DNA of 63,033 nucleotides, the filler included, from Nitrospiraceae bacterium (lineage in GTDB: Bacteria > Nitrospirota > Nitrospiria > Nitrospirales > Nitrospiraceae): assembly GCA_037442105.1 (NCBI GenBank). It is 3 parts of 3 records of this genome, joined end to end, with 100 filler letters (N's around TTAATTAATTAA, not from the genome) between each part and the next. Parts side by side here need not be neighbours in the genome. Positions count along the whole stretch, not along the records: positions 1 to 21,671 come from JBBIQV010000041.1; 2 more parts are not named here. One strand, written 5' to 3'. Under the pieces are notes generated by a model, which worked only from the letters and a program-made list of their open reading frames with translations, did no database searches and had not been told where the DNA came from. A program made the translations under genes and the position numbers. Shown here in pieces: positions 11,311 to 21,455 of this stretch (the stretch's first letter is position 1; every line of letters starts with the position of its first letter).

Positions 11311-12242
11311 CGGCATTCCTTAGGACTACACTACTCAATTTCCTTCAAGCCTTCAGCCATCAGCTCTCAACGCATCCGTCGCTCTTTCTTTTCATCGCTC
11401 TCAGCTATGCGCCGTCAGCTTTCAGCGCGGCTCCACCCGACGACATGGTAGTGGTCCCTGCCGGAGAGTTCCTCATGGGAAGTCCGGCGGGAAACGACGG
11501 CTTCGACGATGAACGGCCTCAGCGTAAGGTGTACGTGAGCAACTTCCGGATTGATCGATATGAAGTAACGAACGATGCCTATGCATCGTTCATCCAAGCC
11601 ACCGGGCATCGCATCCCCGAGAACGCCAACAAGGCTGCGACGCTCTGGGAGGGAAATGCACCGGTCGCAGAAATTGGGAATCATCCTGTCGTCAACGTGA
11701 GTTGGGACGATGCCGCCGCCTTCTGCCGCTGGCTCGGCAAGCGGTTGCCCACGGAGGCCGAATGGGAAAAAGCGGCGAGAGGAACAGACGGACGCCGCTA
11801 CCCCTGGGGCAACGAGTGGGATTTCAAGAAAGCCAACAGCGCCAGTTATTGGGCGGGACGGACCGTTGACTTTCAGAGCGGGGCCGACTGGGATGCCTTC
11901 TGGATCAAGGGCGACGGCGCACGCATTTCAAAAGAGAAAGGCATCAAGGGCGAGGTACTCACCCTGCCGGTTGGGAATTTTCCAGCCGGAATCAGCCCCT
12001 ACGGCGCACTGGATATGGCAGGCAATGTGGCAGAGTGGGTTCAGGATTGGTTTGATCCTAACTATTACAAATCAGCTCCGCTCTCCGATCCCACCGGCCC
12101 TTCTCGCGGGGCCATCAAAGCTATGCGTGGCGGCTCCTGGCTCAAACCTGCCATGAGCCTGCGGACCAGTGATCGCGACTGGGGCACCATGGATAGCCGC
12201 CCGAGCGGAACGGGGTTTCGTTGTGCAAAGGATGCGTTCTGA
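11118..12242 (+). CDS. FGE-sulfatase (SUMF1/EgtB C-terminal) domain protein; true start probably downstream
   Basis: FLMGS, YEVTN, HPVVNVSWDDA, RLPTEAEWEKAARG, DMAGNVAEW and GFRC motifs. Confidence 0.85.
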   Translation: MHGLDSFPPDGRGWTPPRRLCHGRQLCNRPPPTGVHPLVSQEHPPALAPLPRRRRTRLRFQKTLAAFLRTTLLNFLQAFSHQLSTHPSLFLFIALSYAPSAFSAAPPDDMVVVPAGEFLMGSPAGNDGFDDERPQRKVYVSNFRIDRYEVTNDAYASFIQATGHRIPENANKAATLWEGNAPVAEIGNHPVVNVSWDDAAAFCRWLGKRLPTEAEWEKAARGTDGRRYPWGNEWDFKKANSASYWAGRTVDFQSGADWDAFWIKGDGARISKEKGIKGEVLTLPVGNFPAGISPYGALDMAGNVAEWVQDWFDPNYYKSAPLSDPTGPSRGAIKAMRGGSWLKPAMSLRTSDRDWGTMDSRPSGTGFRCAKDAF

Positions 12243-12304
12243 TCGTTTTCTTACAGGCTCCTGCGAGCATGTCCTACTTACGGCGATCCGTTCGCGTGTG
12301 ACTC

Positions 12305-12862
12305 CTACTGATACTTGATAGCCACTCCCGACATGTACTTGTCCAACCTGGGCTGATCAATCGCTCCCTGGGTCAGGAGAAAAGGATTTGAGGAGTAGGG
12401 AGCGTACCAGCCGTATCCGTAAAGACCGAAAGCTGCGCCCATCGGACCCAACAGAGTCGGTTCGTAGTAGGGACTTGGCGTCGTGGAGGCTTCAACAACG
12501 GTTCCTTCCTCCACGACAGCGTCAGCTCCTAAGGTACGCGCTCGGTCAATAATCCTCTGACGCAATGTATCCTCGCCGACAATCGCGCTGCTCGCAATGA
12601 TCCGGGCGAGTTCGATATGCGGTTGGGTGGGCTCGACCAACAACCACTCAACCGGAACACCCTTCTCTCGCGAAGGATAGGGCCGATCAGCGAAGTACTC
12701 CACACGGGTAGAACATCCAGCAACAAGCGCACCGAGGGAGAGGATGAACGCGCTTCGAACGAGAACGGCGGAGCAGAACCTCCCTGACCGGACAGGATGG
12801 AGGTCACGATCGTCCGGTCTAACAAGTCGCCTCTCATGCTTACTCAGCGGCAACCTATCCAT
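12305..12862 (-). CDS. Hypothetical lipoprotein
   Basis: Lipobox-like LVAGC; ARTLGADAV motif. Confidence 0.6.
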   Translation of the reverse strand: MDRLPLSKHERRLVRPDDRDLHPVRSGRFCSAVLVRSAFILSLGALVAGCSTRVEYFADRPYPSREKGVPVEWLLVEPTQPHIELARIIASSAIVGEDTLRQRIIDRARTLGADAVVEEGTVVEASTTPSPYYEPTLLGPMGAAFGLYGYGWYAPYSSNPFLLTQGAIDQPRLDKYMSGVAIKYQ

Positions 12863-13119
12863 CGGTTTCCCCTCCTTTTATGAGAAAGGATGATCCCTGA
12901 GAGACCGAATGTTCAAGCGGCCAATGTCCGCTGCCAATATTGTCCTTGTCTTCTGCCACGAACAACGCCCCCACATCATGATTCAGTATAGTGTCTGCAT
13001 TGATAAGGTAGCAATACCGCCAAAGAGTCACGGAGCAAAGTGCCACCGCTCGGTCTCGCTGGGAATGGCGGCCTGCTTTCTTTGTCGGAAGATAATCCAC
13101 GATCCACTGATAGAAGCCA

Positions 13120-13449
13120 TCACTTTGGCGATGGGGCGTTCGCCAAGGCTTTCTCAAAGGTCGCGCGGAGAGATGACACCGCCGGATGGTCCGGACACAA
13201 CATGCCCGCTTCGATCAAGACGGCCAGTCGTGGCGAGGGGTCGAGCTGGGCGAACCCTTGTCGATCAGCAGTCGTTGTTTCCAGCACCATCTGATACGTG
13301 CTGAGCCAAGACTCGATCACGGCTCTTAGCCCGGCATCGGTCGGCTGCATACGGCCGAGTGTGACTTGCTGGAGCAGCCTGATCAGCGGATCAGACTGGG
13401 AAATCGTGGCAATCGCGCGTTGGATCGCCTGGTCCACCGAGTCAGTCAT
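13120..13449 (-). CDS. Hypothetical protein
   Basis: 109-aa ORF, ATG start, helical composition. Confidence 0.6.
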   Translation of the reverse strand: MTDSVDQAIQRAIATISQSDPLIRLLQQVTLGRMQPTDAGLRAVIESWLSTYQMVLETTTADRQGFAQLDPSPRLAVLIEAGMLCPDHPAVSSLRATFEKALANAPSPK

Positions 13450-13464
13450 GCACTACGCCACCGG

Positions 13465-13576
13465 CTAGCGCGCATTATTCATGACAGTTCGTCGCGACAT
13501 CGCCTGTCTGCCGTGCCCGGCACAGACAGGCGAATGCGCGATTGCAGCAGAAGTACTCATGAATAATGCGCGCTAG
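13465..13576. mobile_element. MITE-like element, copy 1
   Basis: Perfect terminal inverted repeat CTAGCGCGCATTATTCATGA...TCATGAATAATGCGCGCTAG with internal hairpin CGCCTGTCTG/CAGACAGGCG. Confidence 0.75.
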
Positions 13577-13797
13577 TTCAGGGAACAGGCGCCAGGGCCG
13601 CGAGGATCGCCGCAACTCCCGCAGGGACCCGCTCCACTGGATGGCGTCCACCCTTCTGTTGCTCCGACTCCGAACGCGGAGAATTGTTTTTGCAGCTTTG
13701 TCGTCTTACAGGACGGGCAGGCCGGAACGGTCGATCCGAGAACCAACAGCTCGAACCGGTGGTTGCATTCCAGGCAGACATATTCGAAGATGGGCAT
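13573..13797 (-). CDS. FmdB-family zinc-ribbon protein
   Basis: MPIFEYVCLEC...CPSC plus C-terminal CGSC. Confidence 0.85.
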   Translation of the reverse strand: MPIFEYVCLECNHRFELLVLGSTVPACPSCKTTKLQKQFSAFGVGATEGWTPSSGAGPCGSCGDPRGPGACSLN

Positions 13798-13863
13798 GAT
13801 TGCGACTCCTTTTCTGCCACGTATTATAAAATCGCGCCGGCGACTTCGCAATGAGGCCACTCC

Positions 13864-14130
13864 ATGTACCATGAAGAGAAGACGTTTACGTTCCGGTTCA
13901 GTTTAGAGGCGGCGTTTCCGGATGACTATGAAGGGGACCAGGATGACTATGCCTGGCTGCGTGGTTGGGAAGTCCGGATCAAACCACAGTTGATCAAAAC
14001 GCTCTTCGAATCGCTCCGGCAGTATCCCTCGTGGAACGTCCATGTTCGAAATCGAGGCAAATCGCCGGCTGACGAGATCGAAATCGCCATGAGTCGCGAC
14101 TTCTCCAAACCGCAGCCATTCATACTGTAA
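13864..14130 (+). CDS. Hypothetical protein
   Basis: 88-aa ORF with GAGG SD, 3 nt from hemW. Confidence 0.65.
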   Translation: MYHEEKTFTFRFSLEAAFPDDYEGDQDDYAWLRGWEVRIKPQLIKTLFESLRQYPSWNVHVRNRGKSPADEIEIAMSRDFSKPQPFIL

Positions 14131-14133
14131 CCT

Positions 14134-15270
14134 ATGACCCGCTCGCGCAACATCGGGTTGTACATTCACATACCCTTCTGCATGACCAGGTGCCACTTCT
14201 GCGCTTTTTATCTGGAACTCTACCGACCCGACCGCGCGGAGACGTTCATTTCGTCGCTGCTCCGGGAGATCGACCTGTACACAGCCCGCGGGTTCTTTGA
14301 GGGCCACGCGCTCTCTTCGATCTATCTCGGTGGCGGTACCCCGACGACACTTACTCTGGATCAATTGTGCCGGATTCTCACAGCCGTGCGCCGATCTTTC
14401 TCGGTACCCCACGATGCGGAAATCTGCATTGAAGCTCATCCCGACACGGTTTCGCTGGAAGGGTTGTCAATCCTGCGAGAAGCGGGTTTCAACCGGTTGA
14501 GTCTCGGCATCGAGTCAACGGACAGCGCCGAACTCCTCCGCGTGGGTCGGCCGACCACCACGAATGCTGCCGAGGCCGCCGTCGCATCGGCCCGACAAGC
14601 AGGGTTCGCCAACATCAGCCTCGACCTCATGTACGGCCTGCCTGGTCAAAGCATCGCAAGCTGGCGTCACGCCCTGGACAAAGTCATCTCGTGGAACCCG
14701 GCACATCTGTCGTGCTACGCGCTGACCGTGGAGGAAGGCACTCGCCTGCACACAGAGACCCTCCGCGGAACCCAGCCAATCCCGGACCCTGATCTTCAGA
14801 ATGAGCTGGAGCAGGCTGCGGAAGATAGCCTGCACAAGGCAGGATACGAGCGGTACGAGATTTCCAGCTATGCACGGCCCGGCTATGCTTGCCGGCACAA
14901 TCTTCTCTATTGGACCGACGGTGAGTATCTTGGTTTGGGGCCCAGCGCGCAGTCGTATGTGAACGGGTGTCGCTTTGGGAACATCGACGCCCTCACCGTA
15001 TATTCGGAGCGTCTGGCTCGTGAGGAGTTGCCGATTCAAGAGGCAATATGGCTGACACCCGAACAACGGCAACGGGAAGCGGTCGTGTTCGGGCTTCGGC
15101 TCGTTCAAGGTGTGCCAAGGGATTTGCTTTTCCGGTACCAAGCTGCTGGGTGGGATTCGCGCTTGCGCCCCCTCCTCGATCAGCGGGTTATCGAGTTGGC
15201 GGGCGGACGGCTGCGCCTGACATCACTCGGACGGCGCTATGCAGACAGCGTGGCAGTTGCGCTACTGTGA
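14134..15270 (+). CDS. hemW: Radical SAM heme chaperone HemW (HemN-like)
   Basis: LYIHIPFCxxxCxFC, GGGTPT, YEISSY and HNLLYW motifs. Confidence 0.88.
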   Translation: MTRSRNIGLYIHIPFCMTRCHFCAFYLELYRPDRAETFISSLLREIDLYTARGFFEGHALSSIYLGGGTPTTLTLDQLCRILTAVRRSFSVPHDAEICIEAHPDTVSLEGLSILREAGFNRLSLGIESTDSAELLRVGRPTTTNAAEAAVASARQAGFANISLDLMYGLPGQSIASWRHALDKVISWNPAHLSCYALTVEEGTRLHTETLRGTQPIPDPDLQNELEQAAEDSLHKAGYERYEISSYARPGYACRHNLLYWTDGEYLGLGPSAQSYVNGCRFGNIDALTVYSERLAREELPIQEAIWLTPEQRQREAVVFGLRLVQGVPRDLLFRYQAAGWDSRLRPLLDQRVIELAGGRLRLTSLGRRYADSVAVALL

Positions 15271-15299
15271 TGTTTTTGTGCCGAGCGATCTCACCCTCA

Positions 15300-15656
15300 T
15301 CACCGGGCAAGCAGGTAATGCAATGCGGTGTCGGCAAGGATCGCGGCCCAGGCAATGCCGTTCAGCCAGAGGAAGGTGCGGCTGCCGGTTCGCCAATGGT
15401 AAGCCAGCGCCAGAGCAATGCAGACTTGTGCCAAGAAGGAAAAGGGACGGTGTAAATTCACCGGTGCGCGGCCATGTTCGCTGGAAATGGCGGTCACAGC
15501 CGCGAGCAGATAACAGATCAAGGCCCCCGTCTGGACCCACATAGCCTTGGCTCCCGCAGACTGTCTGACCACCGCGACGAGGGCCCACGTCAAGGACACC
15601 ACGACGACCAGCAACAGGAGTGGAAAGAGCGGCCACAACACTTTCGCGTTCAACAT
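15300..15656 (-). CDS. Hypothetical membrane protein
   Basis: About 4 hydrophobic segments in 118 aa. Confidence 0.65.
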   Translation of the reverse strand: MLNAKVLWPLFPLLLLVVVVSLTWALVAVVRQSAGAKAMWVQTGALICYLLAAVTAISSEHGRAPVNLHRPFSFLAQVCIALALAYHWRTGSRTFLWLNGIAWAAILADTALHYLLAR

Positions 15657-15830
15657 GATCGGCGTCTTGCTGCTCTACGGCTCACGGCATCTGGCCAATG
15701 GCGCGGAACTGTAGCAGCCGGCATGACCTCAGTCAATGTAGCCGGAGCCAGACAGCGCCTTGACAACGATTCTGATAGGACGGTAGGTATTACAATACAC
15801 ATTGAACCGAGGCGCCTGATGCCTGTGAAC

Positions 15831-16031
15831 ATGGATCCTTTGAAACGGCGGCACCGACGCTATATTTCGATGATCGAAGTTCGGCCGCCCGCTCAACCTC
15901 AAAAACCGGCATCTTCGGAACAGAAACCGTTCGGGGAGGAAACGGAAGAAGATCGCGTGAAGGCGTTAGCCGATGCCGAACGGAAAAACCTGTGGGATGC
16001 CACGGAAGTCATCGATATGGACACGTGGTGA
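15831..16031 (+). CDS. Small hypothetical protein
   Basis: C-terminal part of ORF 15474-16031 from ATG 15831; TTGACA upstream at about 15760. Confidence 0.45.
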   Translation: MDPLKRRHRRYISMIEVRPPAQPQKPASSEQKPFGEETEEDRVKALADAERKNLWDATEVIDMDTW

Positions 16032-16051
16032 CCGGGAAAGCTGGGCTCGGG

Positions 16052-17125
16052 CTAGGCCGGCAAGAAATAAAAGGCGATCGCCAGCATCACGTATACGCCC
16101 ATCAGCATCGCGCCTTCCATCCAGTGGGATTCTCCATCCATCGATATAAAACCCACGATCAACACCGAGATGGTGACTGCCGCGACTTCGAACGGTGTGA
16201 AGATCAGATCCATCGGCGTCCCGAATAAGTAGCTGGCGAATACGAGGACAGGGGCGACGAGCAGGGCAATCTGCAAACTGGACCCGACCGCGATTCCCAA
16301 GGCCAAGTCCATTTTGTTCTTCATGGCCACCATCACCGCAGTTGAATGCTCGGCCGCATTCCCGACCAGGGCGACCAGAATCACCCCGACAAAGATCTGC
16401 GTCAGACCCAGCTTGTGCGCAGCCGGCTCAATGGACCCGACGAGAAACTCGCTGAGCAGCGCAATCAGGGCCGTGACGACCGTGAGCACACCAATCGCGC
16501 GCCCCCGGCTCCACGGACGTTCGCCTAAGTCATGGGCATCGGGAGCCTCCCCGCCGAACAAATGCTTGTGAGTTTTGAGCGCAAACGTGAGATTCAAAAC
16601 ATAGATAATGAAGAGCACGGTCGCGATTTCCAGGCTCAACTCGCGTTCGATAGTCATCCCTTGCTGTGAAGCGGTGACGTGAAAGAGGGCAGGAATGACC
16701 AACCCGACGGCGGCCAGAAGTAACAGGCTCGACCCCATGCCGGCTGCCGTTTGATTGAACTTTTGCCGCTCGTACTTCAACCCGCCCGCCAACATGGACG
16801 CGCCCAGCACGAGGAGGACATTGCCCAGGATCGAACCGGTGAGCGACGCCTTCACCACGTCATGCAACCCTTCACGCAGGGCCGCGAGGGCGATGATGAG
16901 CTCGGCCGCATTGCCGAGGGAAGCGTTCAGGAGCCCGCCGATCCCGGCTCCGACATGACTCGTCAGATGCTCGGTTGCTTTGCCCAAAAGCCCGGCCAGC
17001 GGAACAATGGCCAGCGCAGCAGTGAAAAATATCCAGATGGGATCGGCGTGAAGGTACTCCAGCAGACAAGCGAGCGGCACGAAGACCAGCAGCGCATTCA
17101 ACCATGACTCAATCAACCATCGCAC
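16052..17125 (-). CDS. Ca2+/H+ antiporter (CAX/ChaA family)
   Basis: GNAAEL and GNAAEH alpha-repeats, GSSLQIAL. Confidence 0.93.
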   Translation of the reverse strand: MRWLIESWLNALLVFVPLACLLEYLHADPIWIFFTAALAIVPLAGLLGKATEHLTSHVGAGIGGLLNASLGNAAELIIALAALREGLHDVVKASLTGSILGNVLLVLGASMLAGGLKYERQKFNQTAAGMGSSLLLLAAVGLVIPALFHVTASQQGMTIERELSLEIATVLFIIYVLNLTFALKTHKHLFGGEAPDAHDLGERPWSRGRAIGVLTVVTALIALLSEFLVGSIEPAAHKLGLTQIFVGVILVALVGNAAEHSTAVMVAMKNKMDLALGIAVGSSLQIALLVAPVLVFASYLFGTPMDLIFTPFEVAAVTISVLIVGFISMDGESHWMEGAMLMGVYVMLAIAFYFLPA

Positions 17126-17153
17126 GGCATCAACCTAGCATGACACCTCAGGT

Positions 17154-17840
17154 TTGTCGATGAAACCCAATCGAGACAAGCAGGCGCTCTACTATCCTTT
17201 TCATCTCTGCCGTTCCATGACTTTAGAAAAACTGTTGGCGCAGTTCGATGCGGTGCACTTTCGCGACTATATGGCCCTTCAACTGACGCCGTTCTCCGGA
17301 ACCACCGCCTCCGCCGATCGAATGGGCGATATCTACCCGACGTTGGTTGCCGAGGGACGGATCGTTCAGGGGTATGATGTGAGCGGACCGCTCGACCGGG
17401 ACACCGCGGCGCTCATCGATTGCGATCTGGCGGACGGAGCCTGGCGCCGGATTTTTCACAACGTGCTGGTCGGAGACCGGCTGTTTCAGCGCGGACTCTT
17501 CGATCCTTCGCACGGTATGCACATCGGACCTGCTCTTGTGCCGGGACCTGCTGCATTGCTCCGTCTGATGAGCGAAGCTAACGCCCATCGCCCCTACACG
17601 GTCGACCGGATCAAGCAACTGACTCGACATCTCTCCAACCTCGAAGACGGGTACGAATTCGAATATGGGTTGGCGTTGTTGAAGACATCCGCCTCACTCG
17701 CCCATACGATCCGACTTTCACAAATGCATAGCCTGCAAGCCGTCACCGACTCAGCGCCCCATTACGAACTGCTGGCCCGCACCATAACGAGAGAGCACGT
17801 ACAACTGCACAATCACCTGATCCTAGGAAGCCGTTACTAG
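17154..17840 (+). CDS. Hypothetical protein
   Basis: 228-aa ORF, no recognised motif. Confidence 0.65.
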   Translation: MSMKPNRDKQALYYPFHLCRSMTLEKLLAQFDAVHFRDYMALQLTPFSGTTASADRMGDIYPTLVAEGRIVQGYDVSGPLDRDTAALIDCDLADGAWRRIFHNVLVGDRLFQRGLFDPSHGMHIGPALVPGPAALLRLMSEANAHRPYTVDRIKQLTRHLSNLEDGYEFEYGLALLKTSASLAHTIRLSQMHSLQAVTDSAPHYELLARTITREHVQLHNHLILGSRY

Positions 17841-17946
17841 CACATATTATTCATGACGGTTCGTGACGACATCGCCTGTCTGCGTGTCCGCACAGGCAGG
17901 CGACTGTGCGATTGCAGCAGAAACGTTCAGGAATAATGCGCGCTAG
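17837..17946. mobile_element. MITE-like element, copy 2
   Basis: CTAGCACATATTATTCATGA...GAATAATGCGCGCTAG; interior nearly identical to 13465-13576. Confidence 0.75.
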
Positions 17947-17981
17947 CCCTCTGCAAGCTGAGTCTGCTAGAATTCCACTCC

Positions 17982-18278
17982 ATGGCTGAAGGCCCTGCGA
18001 CCCTGAGTCCTCCTGAAACACGCGAAGATCTCTCCACCGGGACAGATGACGGACTCGAAGCTCGTGTGATCGTATACAACTGTGAATGCCACACCTATCA
18101 GCAGGTTATTTCCCTGTTTTGTCAATTCATACCGGGCATGACTTCAGCGCGGGCATTCGAATTAGCATGGAAGATCGACCATGAAGGGGAAGCAGTCGTT
18201 TACACAGGAAGTGCAAAGCAAGCAGAGGAGATCGGGAAAGCCCTGGCGGGGGGCGGCCTACGAGTGGCGGTGCAATAG
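17982..18278 (+). CDS. ClpS-like Clp protease adaptor
   Basis: RVIVYN..HTYQQV...A..LAW.ID..G.AVVYTG...AE pattern resembles ClpS. Confidence 0.7.
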   Translation: MAEGPATLSPPETREDLSTGTDDGLEARVIVYNCECHTYQQVISLFCQFIPGMTSARAFELAWKIDHEGEAVVYTGSAKQAEEIGKALAGGGLRVAVQ

Positions 18279-18357
18279 AACATCGATCTGTTGAAGATGC
18301 CTGGCAAGCAAGAACCGGAAGACCTTGTCGGTTTTACTTCAGGAGGAGAAATTGTGC

Positions 18358-18690
18358 CTATCGATGGCGGACCTTCCGCTTGGCCGTTGCCTTCGCGGAT
18401 TCGTAAGGAGCCTTCGACCGTTGCGGGCCGGTTCTTTTTGCGCGCACAGGAGCCGTCTTCCGCGCAGCCACAGGTTTTTCCTGCGGGCGATGGCCGGTTT
18501 TGTCGGGAGCAGCGGCGCTCTTTGCAGCCCGGTTGATCTTGTTGAGCATCTCGCCGCTGAATACCCGAACCTGGTACAGCTCGAAGAGCTTGCTGATCGC
18601 CTTGGGATCTCCCTTTCGCGCCAGGCTTAAGAGACGCCGGCGTTGATTCATTTCTTCTTCTTCAGTATGAGAGGCTGCTCGTCGCTCCAT
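18358..18690 (-). CDS. Basic hypothetical protein
   Basis: 110-aa Lys/Arg-rich ORF. Confidence 0.5.
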   Translation of the reverse strand: MERRAASHTEEEEMNQRRRLLSLARKGDPKAISKLFELYQVRVFSGEMLNKINRAAKSAAAPDKTGHRPQEKPVAARKTAPVRAKRTGPQRSKAPYESAKATAKRKVRHR

Positions 18691-18991
18691 CCCCGCACCC
18701 TTTCTCCGCCCCGCCCTCTCCAGGACAGATATCCACCGCCATAAGATAACAAAGTATAAATAAAGCTCCGGCCTTTTACTACGGAAGGCCGCTTAACTCA
18801 AGAGAAACTTTGAGTAAAATTGGCGCCGATCTTTCGATCCACAAATAAGACATCTGCCAAACAGATTGAAATCTCACGGAAATCCCATCGTCTCGTGGGA
18901 TTGCGGTTGTTCTCATGCCCTCCCCCTGACTATAATCAATCGCAGCACGTGGCCGGCTGGTAACCAGTGGTCCTTAACCAAGGAGCTTTCC

Positions 18992-19672
18992 ATGGAGACC
19001 TATCAACGAACGCCGCAACAGACGGCTGTTGCGGATGACCCTCAAGCCCGATCCCTGCTGCGCCGGGCTTTTGACAACACGGCCCGGTGGCAACCGGACT
19101 TCAAAGGCTTTGTTGCCGATCTCGTCGTAAACGTGAACGGGAAGGAAACCAGTGGGACTGTCACGGTGAAAAGCCCGCGCGAGGTGACTGCCCAACTGGG
19201 AGATGCCGGCATACAGAAATGGGCGGAGGAACAGCTCGGCATGATTGCCGTGCACCGCGGACCGAGGAGCTTCGAGGAATCGGACGGCCAATATACCTTG
19301 ACCCTCGAAGAAGACGGCCATCCATTCGGACCCAAACTGATCATTCACGGTTCGAACTCTTTCTATCGGATTAAAGACAACCGGATCACGCAGATCAATC
19401 GCAAGATGGCGCATCCCGGCATGGCCCCATTCGCCTTCACGATTAATGTGGAAGAAAGCGCGGTGACCCAGGACCAGAAGAATCTGACAACAAGATATAC
19501 TGTCTACTATTATTCACCCACCGACGGGAAACTGAACAACGTGGAAAGTTTCACCGACACGCATGTGCGCGTCGGCGCCAGCGACTTGCCCGCGACCCGC
19601 CGAATCATTTCCTACGAGAACGGTGAAGTGACCGTGAAAAGTCTGACGTTTACCAACCATCGCCTGCTCTGA
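18992..19672 (+). CDS. DUF3386-like protein
   Basis: AFDNTARWQPDFKGF...HRGPRSFEE pattern; AAGGAG SD before ATG 18992. Confidence 0.75.
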   Translation: METYQRTPQQTAVADDPQARSLLRRAFDNTARWQPDFKGFVADLVVNVNGKETSGTVTVKSPREVTAQLGDAGIQKWAEEQLGMIAVHRGPRSFEESDGQYTLTLEEDGHPFGPKLIIHGSNSFYRIKDNRITQINRKMAHPGMAPFAFTINVEESAVTQDQKNLTTRYTVYYYSPTDGKLNNVESFTDTHVRVGASDLPATRRIISYENGEVTVKSLTFTNHRLL

Positions 19673-19680
19673 TCACGGCT

Positions 19681-20121
19681 ATGGACCTCCGCAAAACATT
19701 CCCCCGCAGCATGCGGTTCAAGCTCGAAGGCTACGTCCACCTGGCGCGCATGATCGACAAGTGTCGCGCCGTCTTGGCCGGCACGGAGGGAGAGTATATC
19801 TATCCCTGCCCGATGGATGAGCGGCTCATGGAATTCGCTGGGATCACCGCCGAGCAGTTCACCGCCGCAGTGAAAACAAATCCGACCGATGACGGAGTGG
19901 CTGCGTGGTTTCGGCAGGCTGCCAAGCCCCATCCGCCAGCCGAGTTGGAGGAATGGAATCAGAAGCTGTTGCTTCGAGGACCCAGCTCTCCTGAGAGCAT
20001 GGAGAAATTCAAGAACTACCGCGACGCCGTCGATCCCTCCCGCACCGACCTCACCGCCTGGTCGGACTTGCAAGATTTAGAAGAAGGGCGAGAAGTGCCG
20101 CGACGAGAGCCGGTGTCCTAA
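19681..20121 (+). CDS. DUF5069-like protein
   Basis: DLRKTFPRS...LARMIDKCRA...GEYIYPCPMD pattern. Confidence 0.75.
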   Translation: MDLRKTFPRSMRFKLEGYVHLARMIDKCRAVLAGTEGEYIYPCPMDERLMEFAGITAEQFTAAVKTNPTDDGVAAWFRQAAKPHPPAELEEWNQKLLLRGPSSPESMEKFKNYRDAVDPSRTDLTAWSDLQDLEEGREVPRREPVS

Positions 20122-20196
20122 CGCTCCCGTTCAGCGGCGGCGCAACGCCGTCCGCTGGAACCGGTTGTTATGCCTTTCTTTGAATTCGATTCACTC

Positions 20197-21402
20197 TCAC
20201 CCTTCTTCATCCGCACCTTCTTCTTGTGGTATTGCCTCTGCCCGCCTTTCCGGTTCAGGTAATAGATGGCGGGGCAAAAAGGCTACTCCGGCGATCAAGG
20301 TCGGCACTACAGCGCTCGCAATAACCACTGCAACCAGAAAAGAATATTGTGCTTGCGTGACGATGTTGTGCGAGAACCCATACAAAGCCGAAATCGTTCC
20401 GAACGTCAAGCCGGTGGACATCATCAGCGTGTAATACCATCGCTCGTCTCGTCGGCGGCGAAACTGACCGATGATCGGGTAAAGCCCGAATATTTTCGAT
20501 ATGACCTTCCCCCCCAACAAAAGCAAGAACACAATGGGGGCGGCAACAAGGGCCGGCAGCGAAACGAATGTTCCCGCGCGAAGGAAATAGAACGGGGTGA
20601 GAAACCCGACGGTTAACGTCCGAAGACGGCGAATCCAGAAAGTGTCTCCATTCGAGAACTCGGCGAGAACCATACCGACGATGTAGGCTGGAAGGACAGC
20701 TTCACTCCCGGACCAAAGCGCCAATGCACCCAGGCCGAAAAGGACGAAGATAACCCATTTCGTTCGAATCGCGGCAGTTCGATGGGCGTAAATGCGCGTC
20801 AACCACCGGCTGGTGAAAGGCAATATCCACAACACGACAGTCGTCACCGCGATGAAGACGACAGTCCTGTAAGTGAACGGCGCGAACAACAATCCCAGAG
20901 CGATGACTGTCCCGAGGTCGTTGATAAAGCAGGCGCCGAGAATGCCTTTGCCGAAATCCGTCTTGTTGAATCCGGTTTCAAGCATGACTGCATAAACAAC
21001 CGCCATTGAGGTGGTTGAAAGTGCCACGCCGCAGAGTAGGCTAGCTTGGAGATTCCAGTCCAGCACATACCGTGCAATACTTGCGCATCCAAAGAACGGG
21101 GCGAAAAAACCGACGAGACCGACTACGGTTACTTCCTTCAGTTTCCTTCGAATCACATCCGGCTCAAGTTCGGCACCCGCCAAAAACGTGAGCAGGACGG
21201 CTCCCGAGGCGGCCAGAAACCGGAGCCATTCCAAGTTGGAGCCAAGCGCTTCGGCTTTTCCGAAATAGCCGGCGACTGCGGCTACGATCACGCCGACACA
21301 GATTTCAACCAGCGCAATGGATACCCGCAGGTGGTACGCAACCATCGCAGAGGGAATAGCGAGTCCAAGCCACAAGGCGGCAATAGCAAAAACATCTTCC
21401 AT
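20197..21402 (-). CDS. Cation:proton antiporter (CPA2 / Na+/H+ exchanger family)
   Basis: Multi-TM protein; STTSMAVV and ACFINDLG motifs; GGAGG SD before ATG 21402. Confidence 0.88.
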   Translation of the reverse strand: MEDVFAIAALWLGLAIPSAMVAYHLRVSIALVEICVGVIVAAVAGYFGKAEALGSNLEWLRFLAASGAVLLTFLAGAELEPDVIRRKLKEVTVVGLVGFFAPFFGCASIARYVLDWNLQASLLCGVALSTTSMAVVYAVMLETGFNKTDFGKGILGACFINDLGTVIALGLLFAPFTYRTVVFIAVTTVVLWILPFTSRWLTRIYAHRTAAIRTKWVIFVLFGLGALALWSGSEAVLPAYIVGMVLAEFSNGDTFWIRRLRTLTVGFLTPFYFLRAGTFVSLPALVAAPIVFLLLLGGKVISKIFGLYPIIGQFRRRRDERWYYTLMMSTGLTFGTISALYGFSHNIVTQAQYSFLVAVVIASAVVPTLIAGVAFLPRHLLPEPERRAEAIPQEEGADEEG

Positions 21403-21455
21403 GATGAAGTCCTCCTTTTGTAAACACGTTCCAGACCTTCGCGCAGCAGTCTGCG

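Noticed and set aside
11118..12242. True formylglycine-generating enzyme
   Set aside because: Lacks the catalytic Cys pair next to RGGS; no sulfatase adjacent
14134..15270. Coproporphyrinogen dehydrogenase HemN
   Set aside because: Short N-terminus, YIHIPFC and HNxxYW motifs indicate HemW
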